From the sequence record LC765218.1: DNA of 64,000 nucleotides; one strand, 5' to 3'. Both the position numbers and the translations under genes were made by a program. The notes below the pieces were generated by a model. The model did no database searches. It had not been told where the DNA came from and saw only the letters and a program-made list of their open reading frames with translations. Below, one piece after another: positions 28,233-38,089 of the stretch (position 1 is its first letter; every line of letters begins with the position of its first letter).

Positions 28233-28550
28233 ATGAAAATGGAACATGTAGAAAACGTAATTGAACAACATGCGTCTCTGACCAATGCTGGTGCTTCTGT
28301 ACTGAAGTATTGCGAGGATCTTAAAGCAGATCTTCTTAAAGGTCTCGATATTGAAGCTGAAGCAGTCAAGGTGCATTCGACGTTTATCGATCGAGCTATC
28401 GCTGGTACCATGGCTGGTATCCAGAATGATTTCCATCTGGTACCAAAGTTCATCGTTAATGAGAGTGGTGAATCTCAGACTGTTGAAGTCGCTCCTAATA
28501 CTCTGGAGATTGATCTGGCAGCATCCTACTGGGCCACTGTCAACAACTGA
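28233..28550 (+). CDS. Hypothetical protein
   Basis: AAGGA RBS. Confidence 0.65.
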   Translation: MKMEHVENVIEQHASLTNAGASVLKYCEDLKADLLKGLDIEAEAVKVHSTFIDRAIAGTMAGIQNDFHLVPKFIVNESGESQTVEVAPNTLEIDLAASYWATVNN

Positions 28551-28560
28551 TCTGACATAA

Positions 28561-28582
28561 GGCTGTCCCTACGGGGACAGCT
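28561..28582 (+). terminator. Stem-loop terminator
   Basis: GGCTGTCCC-TACG-GGGACAGCT plus T-run. Confidence 0.85.
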
Positions 28583-28603
28583 TTTTTGACGTTTAATTTT
28601 TAG

Positions 28604-29035
28604 GTGAAAGGTATGCCATTTACTATACCGACATCAGCTATTATTCTTTTAATTCTAGCTGGTTTAATTTGGTTAACATTGCCATCTGAAACAAGTAAGA
28701 AAGAGAAACCAAAAAAGAAAGAAAAGCGACGTGTCATTATTGGTAGTATGACACACTACGTTGGTAGTAATCTTATTGCTTATTCAGACTTCCGTCGAAT
28801 GTATCTAGACTTTCCAGATACCCAAGGCACTGTGTTTCTTTGCTGTCAGGATAGAACAATTGAAGTATACCAATCTCTTGAATCGGCATACCGAATGGCA
28901 GGGGAAGATACGCATTCTATTCTAGAAGTTACTTTGGTTGGCGATCCTGAATGGAGTGTTAAAGTAGAGCAGGTTACAGAGGGGCAAACCGGTGTACGGA
29001 CTGAACTTGGCTTTGGTATTATCGCTATGAAGTGA
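28604..29035 (+). CDS. N-terminal TM hypothetical protein
   Basis: Hydrophobic anchor then Lys-rich linker. Confidence 0.6.
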   Translation: MKGMPFTIPTSAIILLILAGLIWLTLPSETSKKEKPKKKEKRRVIIGSMTHYVGSNLIAYSDFRRMYLDFPDTQGTVFLCCQDRTIEVYQSLESAYRMAGEDTHSILEVTLVGDPEWSVKVEQVTEGQTGVRTELGFGIIAMK

Positions 29036-29086
29036 CCGATGTTATGTACAGCAATACCGCTGTTCATGACTATGGAGAATCACCCA

Positions 29087-29494
29087 ATGGCGATTTATTC
29101 CCTGGACGAAGCCGGCAAGGCTATGTCCGATGCTGAGATTGCTCAGTACGAAGATGCTATCAACGAATATCTGTCTCTTCCTGGGACTGTTGATTTCCTT
29201 AACGATCCGGAACAAGCTGTCCATTTCGTTCACCGTCATTTCCGTAATGTCACCATTGCTGAAACTTCCGTTGCTGCTCTAAAGAAAGCGATTGAAGATG
29301 CCGGTTGGAAATCCGTTTCCGTTGAAATCAAGAATGGAAATGAGATGTTCGTTAGCTTCTATGTTGAAGAACAACCGGAAGCTCCGGTAGAACCTGAACC
29401 TGGTGAAGGCGGCGATAACGAAGGTGAGAATGGTGGCACTGGCGGTACTCCTCCGGAGACTGGCGGCGAAACCGAACCCGACGTTGGTGAGTAA
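29087..29494 (+). CDS. xGW-motif paralogue with Gly/Glu/Pro-rich tail
   Basis: LKKAIEDAGWKSVSV; GGAG RBS. Confidence 0.65.
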   Translation: MAIYSLDEAGKAMSDAEIAQYEDAINEYLSLPGTVDFLNDPEQAVHFVHRHFRNVTIAETSVAALKKAIEDAGWKSVSVEIKNGNEMFVSFYVEEQPEAPVEPEPGEGGDNEGENGGTGGTPPETGGETEPDVGE

Positions 29495-29502
29495 ACATAA
29501 TT

Positions 29503-29522
29503 GCCTCTCCTTCGGGAGAGGC
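29503..29522 (+). terminator. Stem-loop, UUCG
   Basis: GCCTCTCC-TTCG-GGAGAGGC. Confidence 0.8.
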
Positions 29523-29565
29523 GTTATGTCCTTTTTTTCTTTTATATTTAAACGCATTAAAAGCC

Positions 29566-29623
29566 TATATTACAACTGTGATAATAGAAGGTTATATTTA
29601 AACCTTTTAAATCCCTATATTAC
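29566..29623 (+). promoter_or_regulatory. Tandem phiKZ-type early promoters
   Basis: TATATTAC at 29566-29573 and 29616-29623. Confidence 0.75.
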
Positions 29624-29659
29624 AAATGTGATATTCCACCATGTAAAAAGGATAGTACA

Positions 29660-30265
29660 ATGAAACAATTGCGAAAAGAAATTCTGAGTAATACCATCGA
29701 CGGTATTCCGTCTGCATGTGAGCTTCACCTGTACGTTGATTTCATTTTTAACGTACCTGTGTTCATCGTCCATAATCAACTAGCTAAAGATTTCGATGTA
29801 GACGATGTTCGTCGTTACGGTGCTGTGTTCGTGGATTTCTATTCCGCGATGAATTTCATGCAACTCGCTAAAGCTACCTGGTATGGTAACACCGAGATCG
29901 AACTCGGGCGGGTACAAGGGTGCATCAAATACCATGAGCTTTATGAGCTACTGGAAGACAAAAACGGTGATGATGAACTTATCATCGAGATCTCGGCTGG
30001 GAACAAATTTGTGTTTCTCACTGTTGGAGATGATCCCAATTCTCTTCACTTCACATCGGATATCAGCAAGGCATGTAACTTCAATAATCTTGGACATGCT
30101 GACATGATTATCGCTCGCCTTGGACTCGCGTGCGAGATGGCGTCCGTAACCGAAATCATCAAAACTGGAGTTTTCAACGATCATGATGTCGTTAACTTCA
30201 GTGTTCTCCGAAAAACCGCAGAGCGTACACATAGTGTCGTTCGCCACTACACCACTAATATTTAA
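29660..30265 (+). CDS. Hypothetical protein
   Basis: AAGGA RBS. Confidence 0.7.
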   Translation: MKQLRKEILSNTIDGIPSACELHLYVDFIFNVPVFIVHNQLAKDFDVDDVRRYGAVFVDFYSAMNFMQLAKATWYGNTEIELGRVQGCIKYHELYELLEDKNGDDELIIEISAGNKFVFLTVGDDPNSLHFTSDISKACNFNNLGHADMIIARLGLACEMASVTEIIKTGVFNDHDVVNFSVLRKTAERTHSVVRHYTTNI

Positions 30266-30279
30266 AAGGAAAATTCAAA

Positions 30280-30516
30280 ATGCTGACTTACAACATCCTG
30301 AACGATATGGTTACCATCATCCATCTGGATCCGGTTACCATGACTCCCGAGCGCTTCCAGGCTTACAACATGCATGTGGCTGGTAAACTCGGACATGATG
30401 CACGTGCTTTCATGAAGAAAGATGGGCACGGCTACGACGTGATCGAATGCTGGGGTTCCAGCGTAGAAGCCAAAGAAAAACTGATTCAAGCACTGCGCGA
30501 GGTTGATTCCAAATGA
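30280..30516 (+). CDS. Hypothetical protein
   Basis: AAGGA RBS. Confidence 0.65.
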   Translation: MLTYNILNDMVTIIHLDPVTMTPERFQAYNMHVAGKLGHDARAFMKKDGHGYDVIECWGSSVEAKEKLIQALREVDSK

Positions 30517-30905
30517 GTATCGTATCTGTAAAGGTTACTCGTAAGCGTAAAGGCGTTATCCATGTTCCTCGTGGTGTTGGGTGTGCCGTTAATCCCGGTA
30601 CCAATCTGATCAGTATCGAATACAACCGTGCTGATAATTACGGTATCGCTGACGGTGTCAATGTCTTCGAGATTGATGGATTCGATAATCCCATCAATAG
30701 CCGTAATGCAGAGCTCGTCGAATGGGTAAAAGCCTGTAATGGCGAAAATATCGTTGTCCATTGTGAAATGGGCATGAAGCGTTCCAAGCAAGTAGCTCTG
30801 TGGATCATCGAACACTTCGGTTACCACATGATGGATACCATTGAATTCCAGCGGCCGGGTGATGGAAACTGGGTTCGTTACAACCGCTATCGCTCGGGAG
30901 AATAA
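30513..30905 (+). CDS. CX5R (PTP/dual-specificity-like) phosphatase
   Basis: IVVHCEMGMKRSKQVA P-loop. Confidence 0.75.
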   Translation: MSIVSVKVTRKRKGVIHVPRGVGCAVNPGTNLISIEYNRADNYGIADGVNVFEIDGFDNPINSRNAELVEWVKACNGENIVVHCEMGMKRSKQVALWIIEHFGYHMMDTIEFQRPGDGNWVRYNRYRSGE

Positions 30906-30906
30906 C

Positions 30907-31437
30907 ATGTTCGAACTCAAATTCGCTGAAAAGGAAAGTTTCCCTGGTCGTGGTCCATGCATTGAACTCTATGGTGACTATGTCACCGAGCGTGTATGGG
31001 AAGCTGTTCATCGGGTTGTTACATGTAACCTGATGTCCTCTCCGTTCTATCAAGCAAAACAAGGTTTCAGTGTATTCTTCCAAGGCGGTCATAATGACCC
31101 ACGTGGAAAATGGATCCTTCTGGAATTCTGGGTTGATGACATCGAGAAAACCAACGAATTCGTCCGACTCTTGTCGATTGAAGTTGATAAGGTTCTGATG
31201 AAGCGTAATACCCAGATCTGCGTTAACCCGTACAAAATGGGTTACGATGATGGCAGTGGTTCTTATACCGCTCTCAGTGAAATCCATAAAGAAACTGGCT
31301 GTCGTGTTGACTGGGGTTGTTCGATGAGCCCCATCACATTCCATCCAGAAAATAACCTGGAACATCGTGCAGTAACTAAACTCTGTGAGATGTTCCAACT
31401 TCCTGTAACTCGCTGGAAAGACACCTGGGAAGTCTAA
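30907..31437 (+). CDS. Hypothetical protein
   Basis: GGAG RBS before ATG 30907. Confidence 0.65.
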   Translation: MFELKFAEKESFPGRGPCIELYGDYVTERVWEAVHRVVTCNLMSSPFYQAKQGFSVFFQGGHNDPRGKWILLEFWVDDIEKTNEFVRLLSIEVDKVLMKRNTQICVNPYKMGYDDGSGSYTALSEIHKETGCRVDWGCSMSPITFHPENNLEHRAVTKLCEMFQLPVTRWKDTWEV

Positions 31438-31479
31438 CCCGGAATCCCAATCTACTGATTAACTAAAAAGGAAAATGTA

Positions 31480-31953
31480 ATGTTCGGTTCTAATAATACT
31501 GCTGATCGCCGCCTCGCTTCCACTCTGGCTCAAGAAAACAAAATCGAGATCGTGGGTGGTAATATCGTCCTGTCGGATCTGTATCGTGCAACTCCTCTGA
31601 TGGACGACAAGCTGTTGTTCAACGTGGAGGCTCTTCCGGAATTCATGCCCCACCTACTGACCTTCGCTCCGGTGGAAGTCGAACGCAAAAATCTGATCCT
31701 GGGCGATGAGCGGGTGTTCCAGCTGATCGAGAACTACATCGAAAATATGACCGATGAGGAAGCGCTGGTTATTCGTAACCAAATCGATCGCATCAATGTC
31801 GTTTATGGCATTCGTTCCATCGAGTGTTACAAAGACAGCTTCATCGTGCACTTCAACATGGGCAAGAAACCCATGAGCGCGATCATCGCTGTGTTCAACA
31901 TGGTTGATGGTGTCGATACCTTCGAGTACGCTCATCGCACTTCTCTGAACTAA
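31480..31953 (+). CDS. Hypothetical protein
   Basis: AAGGA RBS; many C-ending codons. Confidence 0.7.
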   Translation: MFGSNNTADRRLASTLAQENKIEIVGGNIVLSDLYRATPLMDDKLLFNVEALPEFMPHLLTFAPVEVERKNLILGDERVFQLIENYIENMTDEEALVIRNQIDRINVVYGIRSIECYKDSFIVHFNMGKKPMSAIIAVFNMVDGVDTFEYAHRTSLN

Positions 31954-31957
31954 TGAC

Positions 31958-31977
31958 AGGGGACCTTCGGGTCCCCT
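31958..31977 (+). terminator. Stem-loop terminator, UUCG
   Basis: AGGGGACC-TTCG-GGTCCCCT. Confidence 0.85.
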
Positions 31978-32001
31978 TTCTATACATTTTTCTTTAGGGT
32001 C

Positions 32002-32358
32002 TTGAAAATGCAAGTTAAACAAGGTTGGGGTTCACTCCCCGAGTCGTTGTCTCTCTTCGACAACACGAGTAAGGCTTCTGAAGCATTCCGTAAGGTACGC
32101 GAAGCTAATCCAGAAATGTTCAATGTTGTTGATCAAACGCGCATTATTATTCGGTCTGGTGTATTGGAACCGGAGAACTGGAAACTCGATGACCACACTA
32201 AAGGTCTGGTCTATCGCGTCAGTATGGGTAGTATGCCGTGGAACATGGCAGACTATCAAGAACTCCGGCAATGGCTTTTCCGTTTGGGTTATGTCAACCC
32301 TTACATCGAATACAACCCTGAAAAATCTATGGTCACCATTCAATTTGAGATGCCATAA
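32002..32358 (+). CDS. Hypothetical protein
   Basis: ORF. Confidence 0.65.
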   Translation: MKMQVKQGWGSLPESLSLFDNTSKASEAFRKVREANPEMFNVVDQTRIIIRSGVLEPENWKLDDHTKGLVYRVSMGSMPWNMADYQELRQWLFRLGYVNPYIEYNPEKSMVTIQFEMP

Positions 32359-32780
32359 TGACTGAACTCGACGAAAAGATAAAGAAGTTATTGGACTGGA
32401 GTTGGCGTGTAGAGATAGAGCCTCGCCATTATAATGGAAAGGCCACTCTGACACAAATGCTATGTGGCCGTAGTTGCTATTATGGATCCTTCATCGATGC
32501 CAATAAACTCTTGGTGTCTGATGAAGACAAGAAGACTATGTTTGAATCCGCTAAGGCTACGAAGCAATTCGTATCACTTAGCATCGAGCTTACCTACAAA
32601 GAACCTAAAAAGTACTCGTGGGAAAAACAAACATATCGAACTAAAACCTTGTGCATCTGGGCCGATACCATTAGCAAAGCTGTGCAGATAGCTTATCTCT
32701 ATTTAGATGAACATACGACTAATGAGACACATGACAATGGTCAGTCTGTTTATAAGGTCGTAAAATTACCCGGAGAATAG
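32358..32780 (+). CDS. Hypothetical protein
   Basis: TAATG-coupled ORF. Confidence 0.65.
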   Translation: MTELDEKIKKLLDWSWRVEIEPRHYNGKATLTQMLCGRSCYYGSFIDANKLLVSDEDKKTMFESAKATKQFVSLSIELTYKEPKKYSWEKQTYRTKTLCIWADTISKAVQIAYLYLDEHTTNETHDNGQSVYKVVKLPGE

Positions 32781-32782
32781 AC

Positions 32783-33043
32783 ATGAATTCTAACATCAAA
32801 CTGGTAAAAAACGAAGGCGAATGGCTGGTACAGAAAATGGAAACTCAAAACAAGTTTACGTTTTCGCTGGATGATGATACCAGTTGGGTGTCACTAGGAA
32901 TTCATCCTGACTCGGGTCTTCGTTTCGAATGTAATATGAGTGGTGTTCTAGAACGGGTTTATCGAGTGAAAGACAACATTGATCTTGATGTGGTTGAAAT
33001 CCCATCTAACCATGGTCTTGCACGCCAACTTAATATTCAATGA
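32783..33043 (+). CDS. Hypothetical protein
   Basis: GGAG RBS. Confidence 0.65.
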   Translation: MNSNIKLVKNEGEWLVQKMETQNKFTFSLDDDTSWVSLGIHPDSGLRFECNMSGVLERVYRVKDNIDLDVVEIPSNHGLARQLNIQ

Positions 33044-33444
33044 GGTTATCAATGTTTATTGAAACACTGGTTAACTTATGCATCATAGTTGCGGTAATTG
33101 CACTTGCTTATACAGTCGTTCGTTTTGTATTTAGGATCAGGAAACATTTCGTCGTAAATGTACTACATGTCCGAGGTGCAGTGAGTCGCAAAATACCAAT
33201 TAAAAATAAAGGTAATTGCTATGGGCTGCGTGATGGTAGGAACCAGTTCTATGTTGTAGTTAGAAATGGTGAAGTGACCTACCACAAAAACCTTACCAAT
33301 CTGGAGATAGATTTAATCTCCAACGATGCTGATACCCTGTACTTCAAATATCACCAAGTCTGGTTAAGAGGCGGTGGTGCTTATAAATTCGAGGAATTCG
33401 ATTTGAAGGGTAACAATAACGTTATTGATTGGAGGACAATCTAA
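33040..33444 (+). CDS. N-terminal TM hypothetical protein
   Basis: Hydrophobic anchor; ATGA-coupled. Confidence 0.6.
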   Translation: MRLSMFIETLVNLCIIVAVIALAYTVVRFVFRIRKHFVVNVLHVRGAVSRKIPIKNKGNCYGLRDGRNQFYVVVRNGEVTYHKNLTNLEIDLISNDADTLYFKYHQVWLRGGGAYKFEEFDLKGNNNVIDWRTI

Positions 33445-33458
33445 CACGGAGATTCCGT

Positions 33459-33836
33459 ATGGATAAAACTCTCATTGAGTTATCTTTTCTATTATTCATG
33501 ACTGCATTACTACTAACTTGGGTAATGATTATTATTCATCGTCCTCTTGTAGTGAATAATAAGCGCGTGAATATAGAAGTAGTAGGATACTCACATGACG
33601 GTATAAAAACGACTCCGGTCTGTTCGAATCCTGTTGTGGTCGATAGCTTAGATTCGACATTTTATGTCTATCTTTCTAATGACATGGTTATACTAGATCA
33701 ACGCTATAGGGAAGATTTGATATATCAGTCCTCGTTCTATTATGTCATTGAAACTTCATTGAATGAATTTGTTCGAGTCATTAGAACGCGATCTGATAAA
33801 CCCATTAGCTTCAATTTCAAATTTGGAGAATACTGA
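33459..33836 (+). CDS. N-terminal TM hypothetical protein
   Basis: Hydrophobic anchor; GGAG RBS. Confidence 0.6.
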   Translation: MDKTLIELSFLLFMTALLLTWVMIIIHRPLVVNNKRVNIEVVGYSHDGIKTTPVCSNPVVVDSLDSTFYVYLSNDMVILDQRYREDLIYQSSFYYVIETSLNEFVRVIRTRSDKPISFNFKFGEY

Positions 33837-34276
33837 TGACTGAGAAAGTCTCTAGTTCTATCCGTGTACCGCTTTACCAAATGGGTAAGAGCGATAAGCA
33901 CTTCGCACAACATCTACGTATGCCTGTTTATCGGGTTGATATAGAAGGTGTTGGTTCGGTTCTGTCTAGTTATGTGAAGGTGGATTCCACGTTCAATATC
34001 TTTGCACTCTGCGGTGGTGATGAAGACATTCGTAAACTGAAGATTGAAGAAGTCGCCTACGTTGATTCGGGTGATAATATTCTATTCCACAAAGTCACCG
34101 AACACGATCCTATCGAAATTCGTCGCGATGGTCTTTTCCGTTTTGGTATGGTATCCAAGATGGATGGACTGCGGTGGGGAACTACCTTCGAAGTCGATGG
34201 TGTTACTGGTCATGCTGTGATCAAGATCGATCGGGAATCTCCGATTATCGGAGTTAAGTTCTCTCTGGTAGCTTAA
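33836..34276 (+). CDS. Hypothetical protein
   Basis: TGATG-coupled ORF. Confidence 0.65.
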   Translation: MTEKVSSSIRVPLYQMGKSDKHFAQHLRMPVYRVDIEGVGSVLSSYVKVDSTFNIFALCGGDEDIRKLKIEEVAYVDSGDNILFHKVTEHDPIEIRRDGLFRFGMVSKMDGLRWGTTFEVDGVTGHAVIKIDRESPIIGVKFSLVA

Positions 34277-34282
34277 CATAGA

Positions 34283-34302
34283 GCTCTCCCTTCGGGGAGA
34301 GC
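34283..34302 (+). terminator. Stem-loop, UUCG
   Basis: GCTCTCCC-TTCG-GGGAGAGC. Confidence 0.75.
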
Positions 34303-34335
34303 ATTATGTCGTTACATTCAATTGTTTTAAAAGCC

Positions 34336-34343
34336 TATATTAC
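34336..34343 (+). promoter_or_regulatory. phiKZ-type early promoter core
   Basis: TTTTAAAAGCCTATATTAC. Confidence 0.75.
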
Positions 34344-34369
34344 AAGCTTGGTCAACCGGGGAACATGTA

Positions 34370-34726
34370 ATGAAAGATATACTGATCCGTGAATCACGTA
34401 ATGCGGCTGTAACTAGCGTCATGCGTATTTATTACGATCAACAACATAAGGCTGGTGTAACGACTGAAGCTGCAACGAATGCTATCGTTGATGCTTTCAA
34501 CAATCGTTTCGACTTCAAAGCTGAACTGAGGGATAACGCAAACGATGAACGTCTGTTTGTTGTAAACTGTATCTTCGAGGGACGGGATCGCCGTTACCTC
34601 ACTGTTTGGGTTGATCGTTCCACGGGTGAGATCAATGCACATGCAAATCACACTCTGAATTGGCCCGATGCAAATCGTTTCCAACGTGAACTAATCTCTG
34701 TCGCTGTAATTGCTTCAACGGTGTAA
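34370..34726 (+). CDS. Hypothetical protein
   Basis: First ORF after early promoter. Confidence 0.7.
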   Translation: MKDILIRESRNAAVTSVMRIYYDQQHKAGVTTEAATNAIVDAFNNRFDFKAELRDNANDERLFVVNCIFEGRDRRYLTVWVDRSTGEINAHANHTLNWPDANRFQRELISVAVIASTV

Positions 34727-34727
34727 A

Positions 34728-34841
34728 ATGCAACAAGTTACAACAAGTAAACAAAAATATATCATCAACACGATACTCGACCAAAAATGGAGAGAGCGTA
34801 AAGATGTAGTGACAGATAAAGCGAAAGGTAAAAAGAAATGA
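34728..34841 (+). CDS. 37-aa basic peptide (not in ORF track)
   Basis: MQQVTTSKQKY..KAKGKKK fills the gap and is ATGA-coupled to next gene. Confidence 0.45.
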   Translation: MQQVTTSKQKYIINTILDQKWRERKDVVTDKAKGKKK

Positions 34842-35137
34842 ACTTCAGTACTCTCATTAGTGATACAATGAAACTTAGTGCTAACCTGGCAAAGAACGAT
34901 GTCGTTAAAGGCATGGTATTGCAGGCGGCCAGGGATATCTTTATTACCCGTACTGATAGAGAAAAAGGTTATACCGAAACAAAGTATGCCAATGAAGGTG
35001 ATGACCTTGAAATCATTTGTGAGGATGTAGATAATCCAGCTGGTGGTTTCCGGGTAATCAACCATGATAATTTCAATCAGATTGAAACCATCCCATTTAG
35101 TGAGATGGAAGATACATTCAACGACTATGGTAAATAA
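34838..35137 (+). CDS. Small beta-rich protein (SH3-like?)
   Basis: YANEGDDLEII. Confidence 0.6.
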   Translation: MNFSTLISDTMKLSANLAKNDVVKGMVLQAARDIFITRTDREKGYTETKYANEGDDLEIICEDVDNPAGGFRVINHDNFNQIETIPFSEMEDTFNDYGK

Positions 35138-35168
35138 ACATAGTTATCTCGATCAAGAGGAATAAACC

Positions 35169-35366
35169 ATGAGTGTTAAAGCTACTGCTCTGGAAAACAT
35201 CACTGCCAACGTTAGTGATAGTGGGCCTGGTTTAATAATGGCAAATAAAGGTGATGAACTCAAGATCATTCGTAAGGTAAGCGGGGACACTTACGAGGTT
35301 GTTCTATCGAGTGATCCTGAAGCTGTATCGTTCTATGCCTCCCGTAGTCAGATTGTCATTCATTAA
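35169..35366 (+). CDS. Small beta-rich protein (SH3-like?)
   Basis: MANKGDELKII..TYEV. Confidence 0.6.
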   Translation: MSVKATALENITANVSDSGPGLIMANKGDELKIIRKVSGDTYEVVLSSDPEAVSFYASRSQIVIH

Positions 35367-35380
35367 TAGAGGATTCGAAA

Positions 35381-35905
35381 ATGAAAGTAGGTGATCAGTT
35401 CTATACAACCACCACACTGCGCACGCAGGATAATCCGAATGTAACCTATCATCCTGGCTGGGTACTTACCCTCGAAAAAGAAATGGAAGGCACTACACTG
35501 TTTATCGGTGTAGATAGCTGCGGACGTCGATTCGTGGTCGGACCTCATAATGGGGTAGCCACTGATATCCCAGTCGATCCTGAACTTTTCCGCCGTGCTG
35601 TTGCACGAGGATATGATGGTAGCCCCGAGTTCTTCCGCAAAGGTTACAACCGTATCCTCGAAATGCAATTGAAGGTGGCGATGGAAGGTCGTCAGATCTT
35701 TATGATTTCTGACGAGGCATTGGACAAAGCCATTCAACTCGACTCCGAAATGGAATCTATTGGTGTATTCGATCCTATGTATGAGCAACATAAAGCTAGC
35801 CGAGATGCGTATCTCAACATGGCTGAGATTCTCAGTAAGCTGGAATCGCTTGTTGTTACATATCGAGAAGAATCCCGTCTACTCTTCCCAGAATACCACA
35901 AGTAA
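35381..35905 (+). CDS. Hypothetical protein
   Basis: GAGG RBS. Confidence 0.65.
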   Translation: MKVGDQFYTTTTLRTQDNPNVTYHPGWVLTLEKEMEGTTLFIGVDSCGRRFVVGPHNGVATDIPVDPELFRRAVARGYDGSPEFFRKGYNRILEMQLKVAMEGRQIFMISDEALDKAIQLDSEMESIGVFDPMYEQHKASRDAYLNMAEILSKLESLVVTYREESRLLFPEYHK

Positions 35906-35949
35906 TACTGGGCTGCTAAATGTAATAGTCATTTAGCAAGGATTTTGAA

Positions 35950-36309
35950 ATGCAACAGGCATTCCATGGTGAAACCCAATACAACAAATGGTCTTCGACT
36001 ATCTGGGGTAGGGGGAAACGTAAAGATGTTGTAACGAATGGGTTGTACTGCATTGTCCATCTTGGGACCGGTAAGTTCGTCATGGGGCGAAGTAAAACAG
36101 TCTCTAAAGATGTAGACCAATTGATCGCACGCATTAAAGGACAAGCTAGCCCTTGGCCTAAGATGAATCGATTGATGGAAGGTGATCCAGAAAACAGTGA
36201 TCTGGAATTGTTGGAGTTTCCTGCAAGTCAAGCAGAAGCCAAACAAATCGAAGGTCGCATTCGGATCGCCCTAAAAGAAACGCAGTATAGCTATCTGTTA
36301 CTCAATTGA
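35950..36309 (+). CDS. GIY-YIG-like domain protein, degenerate
   Basis: GLYCIVHLGTGKFVMGRS; C-terminal YLLLN. Confidence 0.55.
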   Translation: MQQAFHGETQYNKWSSTIWGRGKRKDVVTNGLYCIVHLGTGKFVMGRSKTVSKDVDQLIARIKGQASPWPKMNRLMEGDPENSDLELLEFPASQAEAKQIEGRIRIALKETQYSYLLLN

Positions 36310-36325
36310 GGACCTTCGGGTCCTC
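36308..36325 (+). terminator. Stem-loop terminator, UUCG
   Basis: GAGGACC-TTCG-GGTCCTC-TTT. Confidence 0.85.
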
Positions 36326-36346
36326 TTTATTCCCTTAGGAGCGAAC

Positions 36347-36991
36347 ATGTCTAATGTAGTTGATGTTGCAGGAACTGTATCTGGTATGGCCATTCAACCG
36401 AACAACCCTGTATTCGAGATGTCGCATGTACTCGAACAAAAGGTAGCAGATATCCAGAAGGCGATTGTTAATCAATTCGAAGGTAATGACTACGTTATTT
36501 ATACGCGTCGTGCTGACGAACTGCCGCAAGCACGTTTCACCATTGGTCTTGGTCGAACCGGGTTACCTGAATTTGTTACCATGGGTCTTACTGAAAAAGA
36601 TTACGTGCGTGACATTTTCCGTGCAGCTGCTGTAGCCGCAGATACTGTTGATATTGAGGAACGGGATCTGTACAACGCTGGAGACTGGGCAGACTATCTG
36701 AACGAAAAGCTGTTGTCGACCAAAAATCTTCGCTACTACTATCGGTTCATTCCTATTGACTCCGAACAGTTCATGCATGGAGTTGGTTTGAACTGCGGCC
36801 GTTTTTATGGACAGAACTCCGACCGTGTACGTGTAGTGCAATTGATTTACTCCCTGGATGGGTATTTCCCTGATGAAGAAGGTTATCCTTCTAATCTCAT
36901 CGATCAACCTATCCTCCCGCAAATCCCTTACGGTTACCCGCATCGTGCATCTACACGTTTCGCTGGTACCGATAACCGTTGGTTGAATTGA
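36347..36991 (+). CDS. DUF4262-like protein
   Basis: FTIGLGRTGLPEFVTMGL; VVQLIYSLDGYFPDEEGYP. Confidence 0.5.
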   Translation: MSNVVDVAGTVSGMAIQPNNPVFEMSHVLEQKVADIQKAIVNQFEGNDYVIYTRRADELPQARFTIGLGRTGLPEFVTMGLTEKDYVRDIFRAAAVAADTVDIEERDLYNAGDWADYLNEKLLSTKNLRYYYRFIPIDSEQFMHGVGLNCGRFYGQNSDRVRVVQLIYSLDGYFPDEEGYPSNLIDQPILPQIPYGYPHRASTRFAGTDNRWLN

Positions 36992-36998
36992 GGTAAAC

Positions 36999-37229
36999 AT
37001 GGAAAAGAAATTCAAATGTGGTACGTTCATTCTCACCAATAATCAGGTAAAGAATGCCAAAGGTGAGATCTATATGGAAGCAGATCAACCGGGTCGAATC
37101 ATGGTAGTCGATCCGGCAAAAGCTCCATTGATGTATGGTATTCGTCGAGATGAAACCACCATCAATTACGTGTATGTCACTGAAACTGATATCCGTGTAA
37201 ATCCGGCGTTCCCTCTACCAAGTCTGTGA
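36999..37229 (+). CDS. Small hypothetical protein
   Basis: GAGG RBS. Confidence 0.65.
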   Translation: MEKKFKCGTFILTNNQVKNAKGEIYMEADQPGRIMVVDPAKAPLMYGIRRDETTINYVYVTETDIRVNPAFPLPSL

Positions 37230-37236
37230 GGTAAGC

Positions 37237-37596
37237 ATGGTATTTAACTGGGATACATCGGGAGCGAATAATATTCGTAACCTGATGCTCCCCGTTCAAT
37301 CGCCGTACTACATGAAGGTCTCGACCGAAGATGGTCGGGATCTTTTGTGGTTCGTTCGAAAGCGCGGTGAGAAGATTGCTGAATGGATCACTTCTTATGT
37401 TAATGAGGAGTTGGTCCGGTGGAAAGACTTCAAAACAGCTCAGCTTATGCTGGCACATGTAACCACTCAACCTGACCTACCTAAGTTGATCCTGGCAATG
37501 GGTGAAACTCCGGGTAATTACAAAGTTAAACTTGTGTATCTCCGCGATCATGAGATTGCGGCAAGTACAACTATCTCAATCGCTAAAGAGGAATAA
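37237..37596 (+). CDS. Hypothetical protein
   Basis: GAGG RBS. Confidence 0.65.
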   Translation: MVFNWDTSGANNIRNLMLPVQSPYYMKVSTEDGRDLLWFVRKRGEKIAEWITSYVNEELVRWKDFKTAQLMLAHVTTQPDLPKLILAMGETPGNYKVKLVYLRDHEIAASTTISIAKEE

Positions 37597-37599
37597 GTC

Positions 37600-38079
37600 A
37601 TGGCCTATAGCCTGGGTATCGCTGTACGTGATAGTTCGGTATTGATCGTCACCAACGATTTCAAATACGAGAACATTGTTCTGTTTAAACCTATCAATGG
37701 CATGAAGATCGAAGGTGCTTCTGTTCATCTGGTATGCATCTGCTTCGGTGACAAAGAGAAGCGTTCTCTGGTTCACGAGATCATGACCAACAACGAACGG
37801 ACCGACTACAGTCGTGAAGACATTCTGGCCATGATGACCGAGCATGGTGTGGAACTTCGCGTTATCGCCGACAAAGTGGTCCATGTATTCCAGAACATCC
37901 GGGATGTGGCTACACACGGGATCATCGATTCCAATACCACTACCTTCTGGTTTGGCGATACGGAGCATCGTAAACTGTTCTTCCCGTATTGTGGTAAAGA
38001 AGGTAAACCTTTCCGTCAAGCTTATCGTGACGAAGAACTCTGTCGTGTATTCGAGTTCGTAACCGTTATCAACCTGTAA
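37600..38079 (+). CDS. Hypothetical protein
   Basis: GAGG RBS. Confidence 0.7.
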   Translation: MAYSLGIAVRDSSVLIVTNDFKYENIVLFKPINGMKIEGASVHLVCICFGDKEKRSLVHEIMTNNERTDYSREDILAMMTEHGVELRVIADKVVHVFQNIRDVATHGIIDSNTTTFWFGDTEHRKLFFPYCGKEGKPFRQAYRDEELCRVFEFVTVINL

Positions 38080-38089
38080 CAACATAATT

